Positions 32,324 through 42,891 of a stretch of 64,000 nt of DNA are shown one piece after another (position 1 is the first letter of the stretch; each line of letters opens with the position of its first letter). The stretch lies in the NCBI GenBank assembly GCA_963771465.1, contig CAVYTU010000008.1, positions 1-64,000 on the forward strand. Reading direction: 5' to 3'. The DNA is from an uncultured delta proteobacterium. Its GTDB lineage: Bacteria; Desulfobacterota; Binatia; UBA9968. Both the position numbers and the translations under genes were made by a program. The notes under the pieces are model-generated. The model made no database searches, was not told where the DNA came from, and saw only the letters and a list, made by a program, of their open reading frames with translations.

Positions 32324-33595
32324 CTACACTTGACCGACTGAAACGTTATGAGTGGCACCCTCCGACAAACTTTTCGCTTGATAAGGCCCAAGTAGTTCTT
32401 CTAGTTTGGCGCCGGAGACTCCCCAGTTGTAAAACTGATTCATCTTGTTCCACGCCCGTTTTGTCAGGCTTCGCCGCAATTCCACATCTCGAAGAAGGCG
32501 CACAACTTGACCCGCGAACTCATCAGGGCGCGTACCGATGAGCGCCTCTTGTTCGTTGCTCACTTCGATACCTTCAATCGCGAGTGGTGTCGCCACGACC
32601 GGAATGCCAAGGGCCATAGCTTCAAGAACCTTGTTTTGAACGCCGCGAGCGATGCGCATCGGCGCCACACTGACGTCAGCTTGAATCAGCAACGAACGTA
32701 CTTCGGGAACCTCGCCAATCACGCGCACGCCGTCAAGACGACTTAAGCGACGTACCGCCTTAGTGGGATGTCGGCCGACGATTTCAAATTCCGCCTTGGG
32801 AAATTCCCGGCGAATCAACGGAAATATTTCACTCGCAAAGTATTCAACCGCGTCAACATTCGGGAAATAATCCATAGTGCCGACAAAAATAAGCTTAGGA
32901 CCGATCGCTGGAACTTTACGACTTAACTCTGTCCCATGGAATGGAACCTGCACCAAAGGTAAGCGACGCAGATCTAAATCTGTGCCGTTGGGAAGGTAAT
33001 CGATCAAGCCTTTACCACCATTTTTCCGAAATAGTTCCGCCTCTGGCAACGACACGAACAAACTCTGGGAAGCCCAGCTTGATACCGCCACCTCAAATCG
33101 CGACAAGCAGCGTTGTTCGTGGCGGTACAGCCAAGAGATAGGAAACGGTGACGCTTCGGCAAGTTGACCCCACTTGTCCGAGTCGACATCAACGAAATCG
33201 ACGACTTTGCTCTTCGATGGAATATTCTCCGCATAGGCTGCCACTGCCGAGGAAAAAGCCAAGACCGCATCAAACGGGCCGGAACGAAGAGCCGTGTTGA
33301 CTGCTCGTTGAAATGGGCTGCCACCGTAGAAGCCTTCGGTAAAACTTCGTCCAGCAAGCAACGCAAAAACTGCACGCACCATGGCAGCCAATCGGTTCAA
33401 TCGAACCGGTAAAACCTCGCCTCGGCAAATCGATCTCAAGAACTGGGTATGATTCAAGTCCCGAATATCATCGACCCAATACACGAGAGTCACCTCGTGC
33501 GACTTAGCGAGATGGGACAGAAAATGAAACGCCCTGATCTTATCTCCCTTATTAGGAGGATAGGGTGTTCGGTGTGCAAGAAAAAGAATTTTCAT
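32324..33595 (-). CDS. PEP-CTERM/EpsH1-system sugar transferase (Stp1-type GT4)
   Basis: LAHR.PYPPNKGDKIR, DFVDVDSDKW, FVGTMDY.PN, RIARGVQNKVLEAMA. Confidence 0.92.
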   Translation of the reverse strand: MKILFLAHRTPYPPNKGDKIRAFHFLSHLAKSHEVTLVYWVDDIRDLNHTQFLRSICRGEVLPVRLNRLAAMVRAVFALLAGRSFTEGFYGGSPFQRAVNTALRSGPFDAVLAFSSAVAAYAENIPSKSKVVDFVDVDSDKWGQLAEASPFPISWLYRHEQRCLSRFEVAVSSWASQSLFVSLPEAELFRKNGGKGLIDYLPNGTDLDLRRLPLVQVPFHGTELSRKVPAIGPKLIFVGTMDYFPNVDAVEYFASEIFPLIRREFPKAEFEIVGRHPTKAVRRLSRLDGVRVIGEVPEVRSLLIQADVSVAPMRIARGVQNKVLEAMALGIPVVATPLAIEGIEVSNEQEALIGTRPDEFAGQVVRLLRDVELRRSLTKRAWNKMNQFYNWGVSGAKLEELLGPYQAKSLSEGATHNVSVGQV

Positions 33596-33643
33596 CTCGA
33601 ATCACGCTTATAACGATTCGGCATTAAGACTAACAGGATTGAT

Positions 33644-34702
33644 CTAAGGAATATGCCTAACGATATGCGGCCCTAAAGTCTTGGTGATTGGCAGCGGCAG
33701 CTCGCGCCAAACCCGAATCGCCCATTGGAGCTTAGGGTTCAACGGGCTGGTATCCGGAATACTCTGTCCGTCCGGCGAATAACACCAATAGGGCAAAGGT
33801 TTGGGCTCGAATCCCCAATGGCGCTTGAAGTTAAAAGACCCCGTGCCTTCCTTGCTCCGACCGAAATCGAAAACCTTGTAACCGTTGGCCGCCGCATAGC
33901 GCATGAGTTCCCAGTACATGAAGTCATTGGGAGCTACTGGAAGCGATTCTTTTAACGCGCCGCCATAGTAAGGCAGCACCTGATCACGATAAAAAAACGA
34001 TAGCACGCCGGCGATCACTTTGCCTTGATGTTCGACCACGAGAACCTTGCATTTGGCGCCGAATGTTTCAACGAGATTTTTAAAATAGGAATAACCGTAA
34101 ACCGGTGTTCCCAAGTTCCGCACGCTTTCGGCATAGACCTCGTAGAATTCAGGCAACCGATGGTTATCAAAAATTGCTTTCAACCCAAACTTTTCCCCTT
34201 GGCGAACCATACGGCGCTGCTTACGCGGGATGCGGGCAAGATTGGCTTCATCGGTCGGCTCGATTTCGCCGACAAAGGTGACATAGGTATTCTTGCGCGA
34301 CCAGCTGGATGCGGTGCCGTTAAAACTTGCTTCAATCTCAAACTCGCCGAACGGGTTGCCGCGAAGCTCCAAGTAACGTACCCGGTGTTGTTTCGCCAGA
34401 CGCATCGCTTCATCCAAAAGCTTGCGGCCGGCCTGATCGCTGCTAGCTAGTATGCCGCCATAGACACCGACTGGCATCGCTACCAAGCTACGGCCGAATA
34501 ACCAGCTCTTAACTAGAACCAAAGGCAACACACCGCAAAGCCGCTGGGAGTCTTCCGCAATAAGATATATTGGCTCATACTCGAAACTGTTCTTGAGAAT
34601 CTCCCGCCACGCGGACAGGTGAAAGAATGTCCCCGAGGGATGAGCCGTTACAAACTCGTCCCAGCGAGGATCGCGATCTCGTAGAATTGCACATTCCATC
34701 AT
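33644..34702 (-). CDS. FemAB-related (GNAT-fold) protein, PEP-CTERM system-associated
   Basis: SWLFG.SL...VYGG, IPRKQRR.VR, YAESVRNLGTP, VLPYYGG, NDFMYWELM, FDFGRSK.GTG...FK.HWGFEP. Confidence 0.92.
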   Translation of the reverse strand: MMECAILRDRDPRWDEFVTAHPSGTFFHLSAWREILKNSFEYEPIYLIAEDSQRLCGVLPLVLVKSWLFGRSLVAMPVGVYGGILASSDQAGRKLLDEAMRLAKQHRVRYLELRGNPFGEFEIEASFNGTASSWSRKNTYVTFVGEIEPTDEANLARIPRKQRRMVRQGEKFGLKAIFDNHRLPEFYEVYAESVRNLGTPVYGYSYFKNLVETFGAKCKVLVVEHQGKVIAGVLSFFYRDQVLPYYGGALKESLPVAPNDFMYWELMRYAAANGYKVFDFGRSKEGTGSFNFKRHWGFEPKPLPYWCYSPDGQSIPDTSPLNPKLQWAIRVWRELPLPITKTLGPHIVRHIP

Positions 34703-34714
34703 AATGATTGAATT

Positions 34715-35980
34715 TCAGCTTGGAAGTCTTAAACTTTCTGTGATCGCTGCGTCAACCCAAGGCGTTGTCTCCATCTTATGCGTAGGACTATGCTCCTGAA
34801 GTAAAATATCGACGATTCTTTTCGCAGCGTTGCCATCCCAAAAGTGTGGCGGCGCAGGCGGCTTGGTCGTATCGCGCAACACGCGAGAAAACTCTTTGAC
34901 GATTCTCTCTGGATCGGAGCCAACGAGTACATTAGTGCCATGTTCCAATGTCACCGGCCTCTCGGTATTTTCTCTTAGGGTGATGCAGGGAACGCCCAAA
35001 ATCGTGGTTTCTTCTTGTATGCCGCCCGAATCGGTCAACACCACTCTCGCGTGAGACATCAATTGAAGAAAATCAAGGTAACCGAGCGGCGGCACCAGCC
35101 GGATTCGCACGCGGGAATCCCAAGGCTCGGGCCCTTCGAGAAAATGGTCGACAAAATAATCACCCAAGTCGGCCTCTTGAATTTGTTTCAAGGTTCGCGG
35201 ATGAGCCGGGAAGATAATCGGCATCTGCTGCGATACTTCGAGAAAGGACTCCAGCATGCCGGCAAATTTTTGCGAATCATCGACGTTGGCGGGTCGGTGC
35301 AAAGTCAGGATCGCATAGGGTCGGACCTCCGCTCCCTCAAAGAGCTGAAGATCATTTAAAATCGTCGACTCCTTTGCCTTGGAATGGTGCCGCAGCAACG
35401 TATCGATCATGACGTTGCCGACGAAATGAACCTTACTCTTGGGAACTCCTTCATGTTCAAGGTTGATGTTGGCGCTTTCTTCCGTGGTAAAAAGGAAATC
35501 GGAGATCGAGTCAGTAACGATTCGGTTGACCTCCTCGGGCATGGTTCTATCGAAACTTCGTAACCCTGCTTCCACATGGGCCAATCTAGGGATAAATTCT
35601 GTTCTATCCTTGCCATTCACACAGCGGGTTTTCTTCGTCACAAGCGCGCAGCCAACAGTCGAGTTGACGTCTCCCACAACTATGACGACATTCGGATTCT
35701 CGCTGAGCAATACGTTTTCGAATCCTTCCATCACCTTGGCCGTTTGCGCAGAATGTGAACCTGATCCCACCCCTAAAAATAAATTAGGTTTCGGCAGTTC
35801 CAAATCGTTAAAAAAGAAATCCGACATATTCGCGTCATAATGCTGGCCGGTGTGAACCAATATATGCTCGATCGCGTCGCCGTTAGACTGACGATTATGC
35901 TCTTTGATCGCTTCGCAAATCGCCGCAACCTTCATAAAGTTCGGCCGGGCGCCGACAACGGAGACGATTTTATAGGCCAT
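34715..35980 (-). CDS. wecB: UDP-N-acetylglucosamine 2-epimerase (non-hydrolysing)
   Basis: VGARPNFMK, HTGQHYD, VGDVNST, HVEAGLRSFD..MPEE.NR, TDSGGIQEE. Confidence 0.95.
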   Translation of the reverse strand: MAYKIVSVVGARPNFMKVAAICEAIKEHNRQSNGDAIEHILVHTGQHYDANMSDFFFNDLELPKPNLFLGVGSGSHSAQTAKVMEGFENVLLSENPNVVIVVGDVNSTVGCALVTKKTRCVNGKDRTEFIPRLAHVEAGLRSFDRTMPEEVNRIVTDSISDFLFTTEESANINLEHEGVPKSKVHFVGNVMIDTLLRHHSKAKESTILNDLQLFEGAEVRPYAILTLHRPANVDDSQKFAGMLESFLEVSQQMPIIFPAHPRTLKQIQEADLGDYFVDHFLEGPEPWDSRVRIRLVPPLGYLDFLQLMSHARVVLTDSGGIQEETTILGVPCITLRENTERPVTLEHGTNVLVGSDPERIVKEFSRVLRDTTKPPAPPHFWDGNAAKRIVDILLQEHSPTHKMETTPWVDAAITESLRLPS

Positions 35981-36845
35981 GACTCACCTCGGCATGCGAA
36001 ATTGCACTCCCCAGCGACCGTGCCAATACGTCCGACATCGAAGCCCAGGTAAAGCCATCTAGGAGCTGATTCAATTTTGCCTCTGTCGAATGCAGGTTTT
36101 GATAATGACGGAACCGTGAACGCCACGCCGCCGCGATTCGTGGCTGATCAGGGTCGATCTCCCAAGGGTGGAGATAGAACATCACTGGCTGCGATTCTAT
36201 TTCGTTGATGTGACGAATCGCCCAGGCCGTAACGCTATAAGGCAATAACCTGAAGTATCCGCCGCCCGCGACAGGGAGATTACTGCCAAAAACCCGTAAC
36301 GTCGATGGTGGAAATTCGACGATTCGCCGGCTTTCACCGAGCGATCTGTAATGGGGGAAACGTGGCGCATTCGGAATACCATAGTGATCGTGAACTACCG
36401 GGAAAATACTGGAGTCGGATTCAAAACCGGCTTTTTGCAGCTCATCCAATGCCCACAGCGTCTGAGACGTAATCGAATAACTCGGGGCACGGTAGCATCT
36501 TATCGGATTACCAATAATATCCTCGGTGACGGATTTTGCGCGCCTTATGTCTTCACGGAATTCGTGTTGTTCACTGCGGCCAATCATCCGGTGACTATAG
36601 CCATGACAGCCAATTTCGTGGCCTGCTTTGAAAATATCGCTGACCAGCTTGGGCGAATGTTCGGCAACCCAGCCGAGAATAAAGAAGGTCGCGCGTATGG
36701 CACGACTGCTAAACATCTCGAGCAGTCGATAGGTGTTAGTTTCAACTCTCAACGGATAACGACCCCATTCGCTTGGACTGATAACATCGGCAAACGCCTG
36801 TACATGAAAGTAGTCCTCAACATCGACGGTCAGCGCATTCACCAT
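35970..36845 (-). CDS. Polysaccharide deacetylase, XrtA-system type (DUF3473)
   Basis: NALTVDVEDYFHV, ATFFILGWVAE, HGYSH, YRAPSYSI, GGGYFRL, FYLHPWEIDPDQPR. Confidence 0.95.
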   Translation of the reverse strand: MVNALTVDVEDYFHVQAFADVISPSEWGRYPLRVETNTYRLLEMFSSRAIRATFFILGWVAEHSPKLVSDIFKAGHEIGCHGYSHRMIGRSEQHEFREDIRRAKSVTEDIIGNPIRCYRAPSYSITSQTLWALDELQKAGFESDSSIFPVVHDHYGIPNAPRFPHYRSLGESRRIVEFPPSTLRVFGSNLPVAGGGYFRLLPYSVTAWAIRHINEIESQPVMFYLHPWEIDPDQPRIAAAWRSRFRHYQNLHSTEAKLNQLLDGFTWASMSDVLARSLGSAISHAEVSHGL

Positions 36846-36853
36846 GAAAGCCT

Positions 36854-38251
36854 CTAACGCGCGCCTGCTCCGAGCAGAATGACTTTAAAGCTCTCGAAGA
36901 TGATCTGCAGATCGAATATTGGCGATAAGTGCTTGATGTAATAAAGATCGTATTGCAACTTCTCGACAGCATCTTTTTCACTATCACCGTAGCGGTAGCA
37001 AATCTGCGCCCAGCCGGTAATCCCCGGCTTAACCGAATGGCGTAGATCATAGTATGGAATATTCTGATTTAACTGTTCGACAAAAAACGATCGCTCCGGG
37101 CGCGGCCCGACAAAACTCATTTCACCCTTGAGCACGTTGATCATTTGCGGGATTTCATCGATTCTTACTTTTCGAATAAAACTGCCAACTCGAGTTACCC
37201 TCGGATCGTTTTCCGCAGCCCAGACCGGACCTTGTTCGGCCTCAGCGTTGTGCGTCATCGATCGGAACTTAAATAAAATAAATCGCCGATCATTTTGCCC
37301 AATACGTTCCTGACGATAGAAAACCGGCCCCGAACTTTCCAGCTTGATGGCGATGGCCGTCAGCAGGACCAACGGCGCGCTCAGGATCAAACCTAAAAAC
37401 GAAACCACCACATCGATAACTCGCTTGGTCGCCAGAATGAAGCGATCACGCCGGAATCCTTCCGACAAAGCAATCCACTCTGGCGGCAAGTCAACCACGG
37501 CGATCTTGCTCGCCAACCGTTCATAAAACGAATGACAATCTTCGATCGCAACTCCGAGGGCCTTAATTTTGACAAGTTCTTGGAAGTACGACTGGGGGCA
37601 GTGATCTGCTCCCGCTAACAGCACCCGATCAACACGATTACTCGCAATCAAACCGCTCAATGATTGGGGAGCAAAGAGCGGAAGTTCGACCTTCTTGGGA
37701 TTGCCATAGGTTAGGGTGATCCGACCAGCTTGTTCGCCGACGAAACCGACTACATCCATGCCAAGCTTCTTTTTCAAATAGAGCTCTTCAGCGACCATCT
37801 TGCCGATCATTCGCGTACCGACGATCAAGACCTTGGCACGAATTCCCGCCTTCCTGACGACATGCACGAACGCAATCCGCCAAAAGCAAAGAGACAGCCC
37901 CAGGGCAATCATCTCGCTCAGATAAATCGACTTGCCAAAATTCGGAATCGGATAACTGACGATTCCAATCACGATGCAGGCAGCGCCCAAACCGGCAACA
38001 AATCGATGTAACAACTCACGCACAGACAAGCTCGGATCGAGGGTATAGAGATCGGAATAATAAAATGCCGTCGCGACAATCAATGCCATGGCAAAACCAT
38101 GCGCAGCCGGTGTCAGCCAAAGATCGTCGGTCGGCAAATCGCCAGAGGTGAGCAACGACCGAACGGCCGAACTCGCAGCGACCACCAAGACCAAATCCCC
38201 AACCACCAACAGCAAGTCGTAGGCTGTATAGTATCGATTTAAAAGCCTCAC
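36854..38251 (-). CDS. Priming (polyprenyl-phosphate) sugar transferase, PEP-CTERM-associated EpsB type
   Basis: N-terminal TM helices, KFRSM, DPRVTRVG, RIDE.PQ..NVLKGEMSFVGPRPER, KPGITGWAQ, KLQYDLYYIK. Confidence 0.95.
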   Translation of the reverse strand: MRLLNRYYTAYDLLLVVGDLVLVVAASSAVRSLLTSGDLPTDDLWLTPAAHGFAMALIVATAFYYSDLYTLDPSLSVRELLHRFVAGLGAACIVIGIVSYPIPNFGKSIYLSEMIALGLSLCFWRIAFVHVVRKAGIRAKVLIVGTRMIGKMVAEELYLKKKLGMDVVGFVGEQAGRITLTYGNPKKVELPLFAPQSLSGLIASNRVDRVLLAGADHCPQSYFQELVKIKALGVAIEDCHSFYERLASKIAVVDLPPEWIALSEGFRRDRFILATKRVIDVVVSFLGLILSAPLVLLTAIAIKLESSGPVFYRQERIGQNDRRFILFKFRSMTHNAEAEQGPVWAAENDPRVTRVGSFIRKVRIDEIPQMINVLKGEMSFVGPRPERSFFVEQLNQNIPYYDLRHSVKPGITGWAQICYRYGDSEKDAVEKLQYDLYYIKHLSPIFDLQIIFESFKVILLGAGAR

Positions 38252-38253
38252 AT

Positions 38254-39234
38254 TTATCCGTGGCCGTTGGAGGAATAATAATAGTAATACTTCGAACCTA
38301 TACCTAAGTCAGCGCCATTAAGCACAACCCCCAATATCTTGTTGGGACCAAACGAGCTCAATGCTTTAGCGAGGTAGTCTTTGGGGGTTTTTCCGGCGCG
38401 AATGACCATAATCACACCATCCACTTGACGGCTCAGCACCAACGGATCAGGCGTGGCAAGCACTGGTGGCGAATCGATGATCACCATATGGCCAGGAAAC
38501 TCGGCATGAACTTCCTCAATCAGACGGCGCATCTTATCCTTCGCCAAAAGCTCGGAGGCGAATCTCGTAGGCTTTCCCGCGGGAATATATCGCAGGCCGT
38601 TAAGGTGAGTGTCCCGTACCAAGCCCTTCACACTTCCCGGAGCGTTTGAACCGAGGAAATCGGTAAGGCCAAGGGCGCCATCGCCGCTAAAGAAACGGTG
38701 TACACTCGGAGCGCGTAAATCCGCATCGATCAAGATCACCTTCTCTTCGTATTCTAGAGCGATAGCGGCCGCGAGGTTCACAGACACGGTGGTTTTTCCA
38801 TCGCGCTTGACCGGACTGGTAATCGCAATGGTTCGAATCCCGGCTTCGGTTCGCAGTCGTTTGAGCTGCTCGCGGAGGATTTTGTATTGCTCGGAAATCG
38901 CCGACTCCTCTTCCAAAACGACGATGGGATGTGTCTCATAACGTCGCAAATCCCAGCCAAAGAACAATTCCTCTAATCGTTCGCGCCACGTCTTGGGGAC
39001 ACTCAAAACCGTTGGCACGCTTGGCACACTCAGCGTAGCGTCTCGGTGTTTTCCATTGAGTTCCGCCGGCCATTCGATACGCGGCGCACTTTTCTCCACG
39101 ACAGGCGTGGCCTCGACAGCGTGACCCTTTTCTTTCGTCGCGCTATCTACCTGGCGCTCTCGCTCGTGGCTTGCTTTGGTTAACGCTTCAAAAACTCTGC
39201 TCATGCACAACGCTCCTACTCTATCAATTGACAC
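38254..39234 (-). CDS. BY-kinase (CpsD/CapB-type tyrosine autokinase)
   Basis: MSRVFEAL, ITS...DGKTT, LIDADLR, IIDSPP, C-terminal YYYYY cluster. Confidence 0.93.
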   Translation of the reverse strand: MSIDRVGALCMSRVFEALTKASHERERQVDSATKEKGHAVEATPVVEKSAPRIEWPAELNGKHRDATLSVPSVPTVLSVPKTWRERLEELFFGWDLRRYETHPIVVLEEESAISEQYKILREQLKRLRTEAGIRTIAITSPVKRDGKTTVSVNLAAAIALEYEEKVILIDADLRAPSVHRFFSGDGALGLTDFLGSNAPGSVKGLVRDTHLNGLRYIPAGKPTRFASELLAKDKMRRLIEEVHAEFPGHMVIIDSPPVLATPDPLVLSRQVDGVIMVIRAGKTPKDYLAKALSSFGPNKILGVVLNGADLGIGSKYYYYYSSNGHG

Positions 39235-39350
39235 ACTGGCCCACTGGCAGGCCGATTAAAAAACCGTTCGGATACTAATATCCGCTGTTCAATTCGAATA
39301 ATTCCCGAGTCCGCACTCACGAATACCGATTGCAGTTGTGAAAGCCCCGA

Positions 39351-40574
39351 CTAGCCCTTCGCAATCGTCCTCACACCGTCGGAAATGAGCTTGCGAAAAC
39401 GTTCTCTCATGGCATCGTCGAATATTTCCCGGCTGACCGAATCGATCAATCCGCTGATTTTTTCGCGGGGGAATCGATCCAGGGTCGCGCCGTGAAGTTT
39501 GACTTGCTCGGATAAAACCACCGGACCCATCGGCCCCATGGCATCGATTAGCGCTTCACGTAGCGAAATTAAGAATCCCTCCGGCACCGAAGTGTAAATG
39601 GATGGCCCGTCGGAGCGATCTGTAATCGCACCGATTCGATGTCCCTTAACCAGCTGTACCGGCTGTTGCCGAGTTACTTCCGGTCGCGCCGTGGCGCGCG
39701 GTTCAAGTTGCAAAGGCACGTCACGCCGAGCGACTACCGCTCGCACGGGTGGGGTTACCAAACAGAGATCTTCTGCAACTTCGTGGATGAAACGCGGTTC
39801 AATCTCCTTTTTCTCAAGAGCGTACGCAGAGATCATGGCGTTATCACAAATCACGTTGATCAGTCGCGGAATCCCCCCCGAAAATTGATAAATCGATTCG
39901 ATCGCCTTAGTCAGAAAAATACTCGGAACCCCGCCGGCAAGATTCAAACGGTTCGCGATATACTCCTGACACTCGCTAAGTGACAACGAACGGAGGTGAT
40001 GACGCAGCGCGACCCTCTGCTTTAGCTGACGCAACTGTGGTGTATTCAGACGTTCGTTCAATTCCGGTTGGCCGACGAGCAAAATTTGCAGAAGTTTATC
40101 CTTGGTCGTCTCAAAATTTGAAAGCAGTCTTACGCTTTCCAAAACCTCAGAAGACAGATTTTGTGCCTCGTCGATGATGAGAGCAGCGTTCTCGCCGTCA
40201 CGGTATTTTTGTAGCAAGAATTCATTCAACAGATAGACATAATCGTGGGTGTCTCTCAGTCCCTGCATGGGCTCGATGAGCTTGAATTCCTCACACACAT
40301 AACGCAACAAATCGATGGGACTCAGTATGGCGCTAAAAATCAGTGCCGTATGGGTACTCGTGCCTAACTGTTGCAGCAAGGCTTGTATGAGCGTGGTCTT
40401 GCCAGTGCCCACTTCGCCAGTGAGCACGATGAATCCGCGCCGAGCACGAATCCCGTACATCAACTGAGCCAGCCCTTCGCGATGACTCGCGCTCTGGAAT
40501 AAAAAACTCGGATCAGGGGTAATATTAAACGGTGCTTCCCTGAGGCCGAAATATGAACTGTAGACAGGCAGCAT
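39351..40574 (-). CDS. ExeA/GspA-like AAA ATPase (PEP-CTERM-locus secretion ATPase type)
   Basis: YFGL...PF..TPDP.F, GEVGTGKTT, IIDEAQNL, LVGQPEL, QLKQR, GIPRLIN..CD. Confidence 0.92.
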   Translation of the reverse strand: MLPVYSSYFGLREAPFNITPDPSFLFQSASHREGLAQLMYGIRARRGFIVLTGEVGTGKTTLIQALLQQLGTSTHTALIFSAILSPIDLLRYVCEEFKLIEPMQGLRDTHDYVYLLNEFLLQKYRDGENAALIIDEAQNLSSEVLESVRLLSNFETTKDKLLQILLVGQPELNERLNTPQLRQLKQRVALRHHLRSLSLSECQEYIANRLNLAGGVPSIFLTKAIESIYQFSGGIPRLINVICDNAMISAYALEKKEIEPRFIHEVAEDLCLVTPPVRAVVARRDVPLQLEPRATARPEVTRQQPVQLVKGHRIGAITDRSDGPSIYTSVPEGFLISLREALIDAMGPMGPVVLSEQVKLHGATLDRFPREKISGLIDSVSREIFDDAMRERFRKLISDGVRTIAKG

Positions 40575-40580
40575 AGTTTC

Positions 40581-42134
40581 CTAGAAAAACCGCGCGGCGA
40601 ACAGTCGAACCAAGATCAATCCAAGTAGCAGTGCGCCCAGCGTAGAGATCCCCAACAATCCCTGCGCGCGGCGCCGCTCGAGCACGGCTCCCCTGGTAAT
40701 GATCGCGGGAATCGTCGCAAGAATTGGCAGATCGATAAAACCGGCCAGATCATCGCTATTCTTAAAAGAGCGATCCAACAGATCCCAAAGAAACGCTGCC
40801 GCGAGCCCGCCAAGAATTCCAGCGGCCAATCCACCAAAAAGAATGAACGGGCGATTGGGCTTAAACGGAGACAACGGCAGATTGGCAGGGTCGATGACTT
40901 GAAACTGTTCGCCTTTCTGCTTCTTTTCCAGGTTCTCCGAAAGTTGAGACTCCAACCCTTTCGCCAAGAGATCTTGGTATTTTCGCAGCGTAATATCGTA
41001 AGTTCGAGTAACTTTGGTTAGTTCGATTCCACGCATTGGGATATTTTCAAGACGCTTTTGATGGAGCGCGATGGAATTTCGCAACTCCCCATTGGAAGCT
41101 TGGATGGCATTAATCGAGGACTTCAAACTATCAATCTGTTCCTCAATAATCTGCTTGAGCGGATTATCAGCGGTTTTGGGCGACGATGGACCAACGTTCT
41201 TGGCTTTTTCTTTTTCTGCTTCTAATTCTTTCCCGAGTATCCGTATCTCCGTCCTTAGCCGCAGTACGTCCGGATGCTTCTCACTGTAGCGGACCAGCAA
41301 AGACTCCAACTCCTTTTCGCGAAACTGGATCTTCTGATTTGCCGGCAGATTAAGTTTTACTTCGCTCTCACCCGATTTGGAGCTTATTGACACCGGCGCA
41401 TTGGCCTCAACCAATTGCTTCTGCAGGCTACCCAATCGTTCCTGCATCGAGGCCGCAGTGGCCGTGTTGCCCTTGAGCTCATCTCGGAACTGTTCAACCA
41501 TACGCAAATTCGCGTCGAGCTGATCCGGCAACTCATAGCGATTGTTTATCTTATAGTGGGTCACCAGCGCCTCTTGCTCTTCCAACTCTTTGCGCAAGCG
41601 CTCGGCTTCCGAGTTAATGAAATTCGTCGTACCGATGGCCTGCTGCTCCCGCACTTGAAGATTCTGCTCGATAAATAACGAAGCCAATCGATTGGCCACC
41701 TTCATCGCGGTTTCGGGGTTTCCCGAGTCAAAAGACACCTGAAAAGCGTCATTGCGCCGGATGTCAAGCCGAATGTTGCCTCGTAACATGCCGACTCGAT
41801 CTTCCATCGTTACTCCGCCGCCACCGGGGAAGAGACCGAATTCCTTAATGATACTTTCTAAGCGAGTACGGCTAAGGATTTCCTGGCTAATTGAATTAAT
41901 TCGATCCGACACACTCGAAGTAATCGTCGACATGACGATACCTCCAGGAATCCTCTGCGGGGTGATTAAGATTAGCGAACTCGACCTAAAGGTACTGGGA
42001 AGCGTCGCTGCGATGTAAGCGGCCAGCAAAAACACCACCAGACTGATGGCAAATACGAGACCTTTATGACGATAAAAGCCAGAAAAGATTTTCGAAAAAT
42101 CTAGATCACCTGTCGGGTTCACAGCAGCCTCCAA
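40581..42134 (-). CDS. Polysaccharide chain-length determinant (Wzc periplasmic/GumC-like)
   Basis: Two TM segments flanking a coiled coil, ILSRTRLE, YSEKHPDV, GEQFQVIDPA.LP..P.KPNR. Confidence 0.92.
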   Translation of the reverse strand: MEAAVNPTGDLDFSKIFSGFYRHKGLVFAISLVVFLLAAYIAATLPSTFRSSSLILITPQRIPGGIVMSTITSSVSDRINSISQEILSRTRLESIIKEFGLFPGGGGVTMEDRVGMLRGNIRLDIRRNDAFQVSFDSGNPETAMKVANRLASLFIEQNLQVREQQAIGTTNFINSEAERLRKELEEQEALVTHYKINNRYELPDQLDANLRMVEQFRDELKGNTATAASMQERLGSLQKQLVEANAPVSISSKSGESEVKLNLPANQKIQFREKELESLLVRYSEKHPDVLRLRTEIRILGKELEAEKEKAKNVGPSSPKTADNPLKQIIEEQIDSLKSSINAIQASNGELRNSIALHQKRLENIPMRGIELTKVTRTYDITLRKYQDLLAKGLESQLSENLEKKQKGEQFQVIDPANLPLSPFKPNRPFILFGGLAAGILGGLAAAFLWDLLDRSFKNSDDLAGFIDLPILATIPAIITRGAVLERRRAQGLLGISTLGALLLGLILVRLFAARFF

Positions 42135-42167
42135 ACCATTCTAAGATCGCGGGAAAATTACAATTAA

Positions 42168-42812
42168 CTACGGAATGATGACTCGATCGCCCGGTCGAAG
42201 CAAAAGATCCTGCTTCAAGTCACCTTTTAGTATCGCGTCATAGTCGACAATGAACTCAGTAATCTTTGTGCCCTCCCGCCGCACGATTCGAATATTACTC
42301 CGGTCAGCGAATATCCCTAGCCCGCCCATTCGCGTGATCAATTGCAGGATGGATTCATTGCCCTTAAGAGGCATCACGCTGTTCCGGCCCGTACCAGGAC
42401 TGATCAAAAAAACCTCAGCCGAAGCGATGCCCCCTATGGCAACCGAAACATACGGATCGACAGTGAACTCCTTGTATTTTTGCTCCAAGAGTTTGCGAAG
42501 TTGCGCGGTGGTTAGTCCAACGACTTGGACTTCGTTAATTAGCGGCAAGGTAACAAAGCCATCCGGCCGAACCGCTGCCCCGCCGGACAAGGTTGGCTCC
42601 TTCCAAACCTGAACGGTTATCGAATCCCCATAACCGATCGTATAAAACTCCTCAGGAGGCTTTGCCGGGTCTGGCGCGTCCGGTGAAACGCGATACTCTT
42701 GAATGCGCAACTCTTTAGTTCCACACCCGACCAGCGCTATGACCGTCATAGTAAACAATAATCTTAAAACCGTACGCATACTCCTTGATCTCTCCGTTTC
42801 AATAAGTGCCAC
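42168..42812 (-). CDS. Polysaccharide export lipoprotein (Wza/OPX, short type)
   Basis: Lipobox LVGC, Y.IG.GD...VW..P.LS...VRPDG..TLPL, LRPGDRVIIP. Confidence 0.92.
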   Translation of the reverse strand: MALIETERSRSMRTVLRLLFTMTVIALVGCGTKELRIQEYRVSPDAPDPAKPPEEFYTIGYGDSITVQVWKEPTLSGGAAVRPDGFVTLPLINEVQVVGLTTAQLRKLLEQKYKEFTVDPYVSVAIGGIASAEVFLISPGTGRNSVMPLKGNESILQLITRMGGLGIFADRSNIRIVRREGTKITEFIVDYDAILKGDLKQDLLLRPGDRVIIP

Positions 42813-42891
42813 TCCACACTCGCGCCTAGAAAAATACTCGACAGCGTAAAATTTGCCGAAATCTGTATAACCCTATGGACGCTTAGACCGC

